Source: Lunatimonas sp.
Lineage (GTDB): Bacteria; Bacteroidota; Bacteroidia; Cytophagales; Cyclobacteriaceae
DNA length: 64,000 bases
NCBI GenBank assembly: GCA_035460985.1
Contig: DATHWC010000062.1
Location: 6,792 to 70,791, forward strand
Reading direction: 5' to 3'
Below the pieces are notes generated by a model that was not told the origin of the DNA, made no database searches, and saw only the letters and a list, made by a program, of their open reading frames with translations. The position numbers and the translations under genes are program-made. Shown piece after piece: positions 63,088 to 64,000 of this stretch (positions are counted from its first letter, which is position 1; each line of letters begins with the position of its first letter).

Positions 63088-63360
63088 TTACTTTAAGTCC
63101 TGGATTTTTTGGCGAATACTGTCTACCAATTCCAATGGGACCAGTTGTTTCGTACATTTGGTTTTTAACACCTCCCGAATGACCTTTTCCAGATGGAAAT
63201 GCTCAAAACACGGTTGGCATTTCGCCAGCTTCTCATCCAAAACTGCCTTTGATTCCAAATCCGCCTGTCCATCCAGTATGCTTTCCAACAACTTAAAGCA
63301 TTTACTGGCATCACTGCAGTTGAGTTTACGTTGATTAGATGAGTCAAAATTATTCTCCAT
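63088..63360 (-). CDS. Zinc-binding (ZAS/RsrA-like) anti-sigma factor, His-less variant
   Basis: 90 aa, soluble, directly downstream of the ECF sigma; C...LLESILDG...KLAKCQPC...[10 protein letters not shown] matches the RsrA/RshA layout. Confidence 0.8.
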   Translation of the reverse strand: MENNFDSSNQRKLNCSDASKCFKLLESILDGQADLESKAVLDEKLAKCQPCFEHFHLEKVIREVLKTKCTKQLVPLELVDSIRQKIQDLK

Positions 63361-63385
63361 TTTAGTATTTAGTTCTATTCAAATT

Positions 63386-63976
63386 TTATTCTTCCTCTGT
63401 ATCATAGCCCATGTTCTGGGCATATGCTTTTAGTTTTTCTTTTAATAGGTTTCTTGCCCGGTGAAGTCTGGACCTGACTGTCCCTATTGGGATGTCAAGA
63501 ATCTTGGCCATTTCTTCATAGGTAAAACCTTCCAAGTCACATAGGATGATAACAGTCCTAAAATCCACCGCCAAGCTATTCAGTGCATTGGAGATCTCAT
63601 CACCCAACATATCCTTCACCGCATCAACCCGCAGATCAGAAGTCATATTGTAGTCAACATTATCTGAGTTGTAATAAGTTTCAACTTCTTGATAATCTAC
63701 CTTTGAAGGTTGCTTACTTTTTTTACGGTATTCATTGATGAAGCTATTCTTAAGAATCCGAAATAGCCATGCTTTGGCGTTTGTCCCTTTCTCAAATGAG
63801 TTGATAAATCGGTAGGCTTTCAGATAGGTGTCCTGCACCAAATCTTTGGCATCGTCTTCATCAAAGGTCAACCTATAGGCAAAATTGTACATAGAGTCTA
63901 TGTGCGGCATAAACTCCTGGTCAAATATGCTGTTTTTATCTTTATCCGAATATTTTTTTCGTTGTACCTCTGACAT
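63386..63976 (-). CDS. ECF sigma factor, SigH/SigR-like
   Basis: DAKDLVQDTYLKAYRF...GTNAKAWLFRILKNSFINEYRKK (region 2) and YEEMAKILDIPIGTVRSRLHRAR (region 4). Confidence 0.93.
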   Translation of the reverse strand: MSEVQRKKYSDKDKNSIFDQEFMPHIDSMYNFAYRLTFDEDDAKDLVQDTYLKAYRFINSFEKGTNAKAWLFRILKNSFINEYRKKSKQPSKVDYQEVETYYNSDNVDYNMTSDLRVDAVKDMLGDEISNALNSLAVDFRTVIILCDLEGFTYEEMAKILDIPIGTVRSRLHRARNLLKEKLKAYAQNMGYDTEEE

Positions 63977-64000
63977 AGAATTTAAAATTACGAATTGGCG

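Overview
This is a Bacteroidota chromosome window, most like Cytophagales/Cyclobacteriaceae. The evidence is the TAnnTTTG promoters, the SusC/SusD pair and the gene order. About 34 kb (7.2-41.6 kb, minus strand) is the core translation/transcription supercluster: tRNA-Tyr/Gly/Thr, tuf, tRNA-Trp, secE, nusG, rplKAJL, rpoBC, DUF3467, the str, S10, spc and alpha operons, carA and eno. The supplied ORF track misses rpmD, rpmJ, four tRNAs and a partial MacB-type ABC permease at the left edge. It also overextends the starts of rpsJ, rpoC, nusG and susD. The most interesting accessory locus (50.5-61.9 kb) is a SusC/SusD pair with no CAZymes, followed by a 14-repeat FG-GAP/ASPIC-UnbV lipoprotein and two tandem, divergent vanadium-haloperoxidase-family lipoproteins. 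Next to it is a SigH/SigR-like ECF sigma factor whose anti-sigma lacks the canonical zinc-binding His. Other oddities are two substitutions at near-invariant RpsL residues (N46Y, R56W; real or sequencing error), a structured ~290-nt leader upstream of pyrH, and ~0.9 kb of unexplained structured non-coding DNA between eno and ftsB. I saw no CRISPR array, transposase, integrase or rRNA. All assignments come from reading motifs by eye; no database searches were run.
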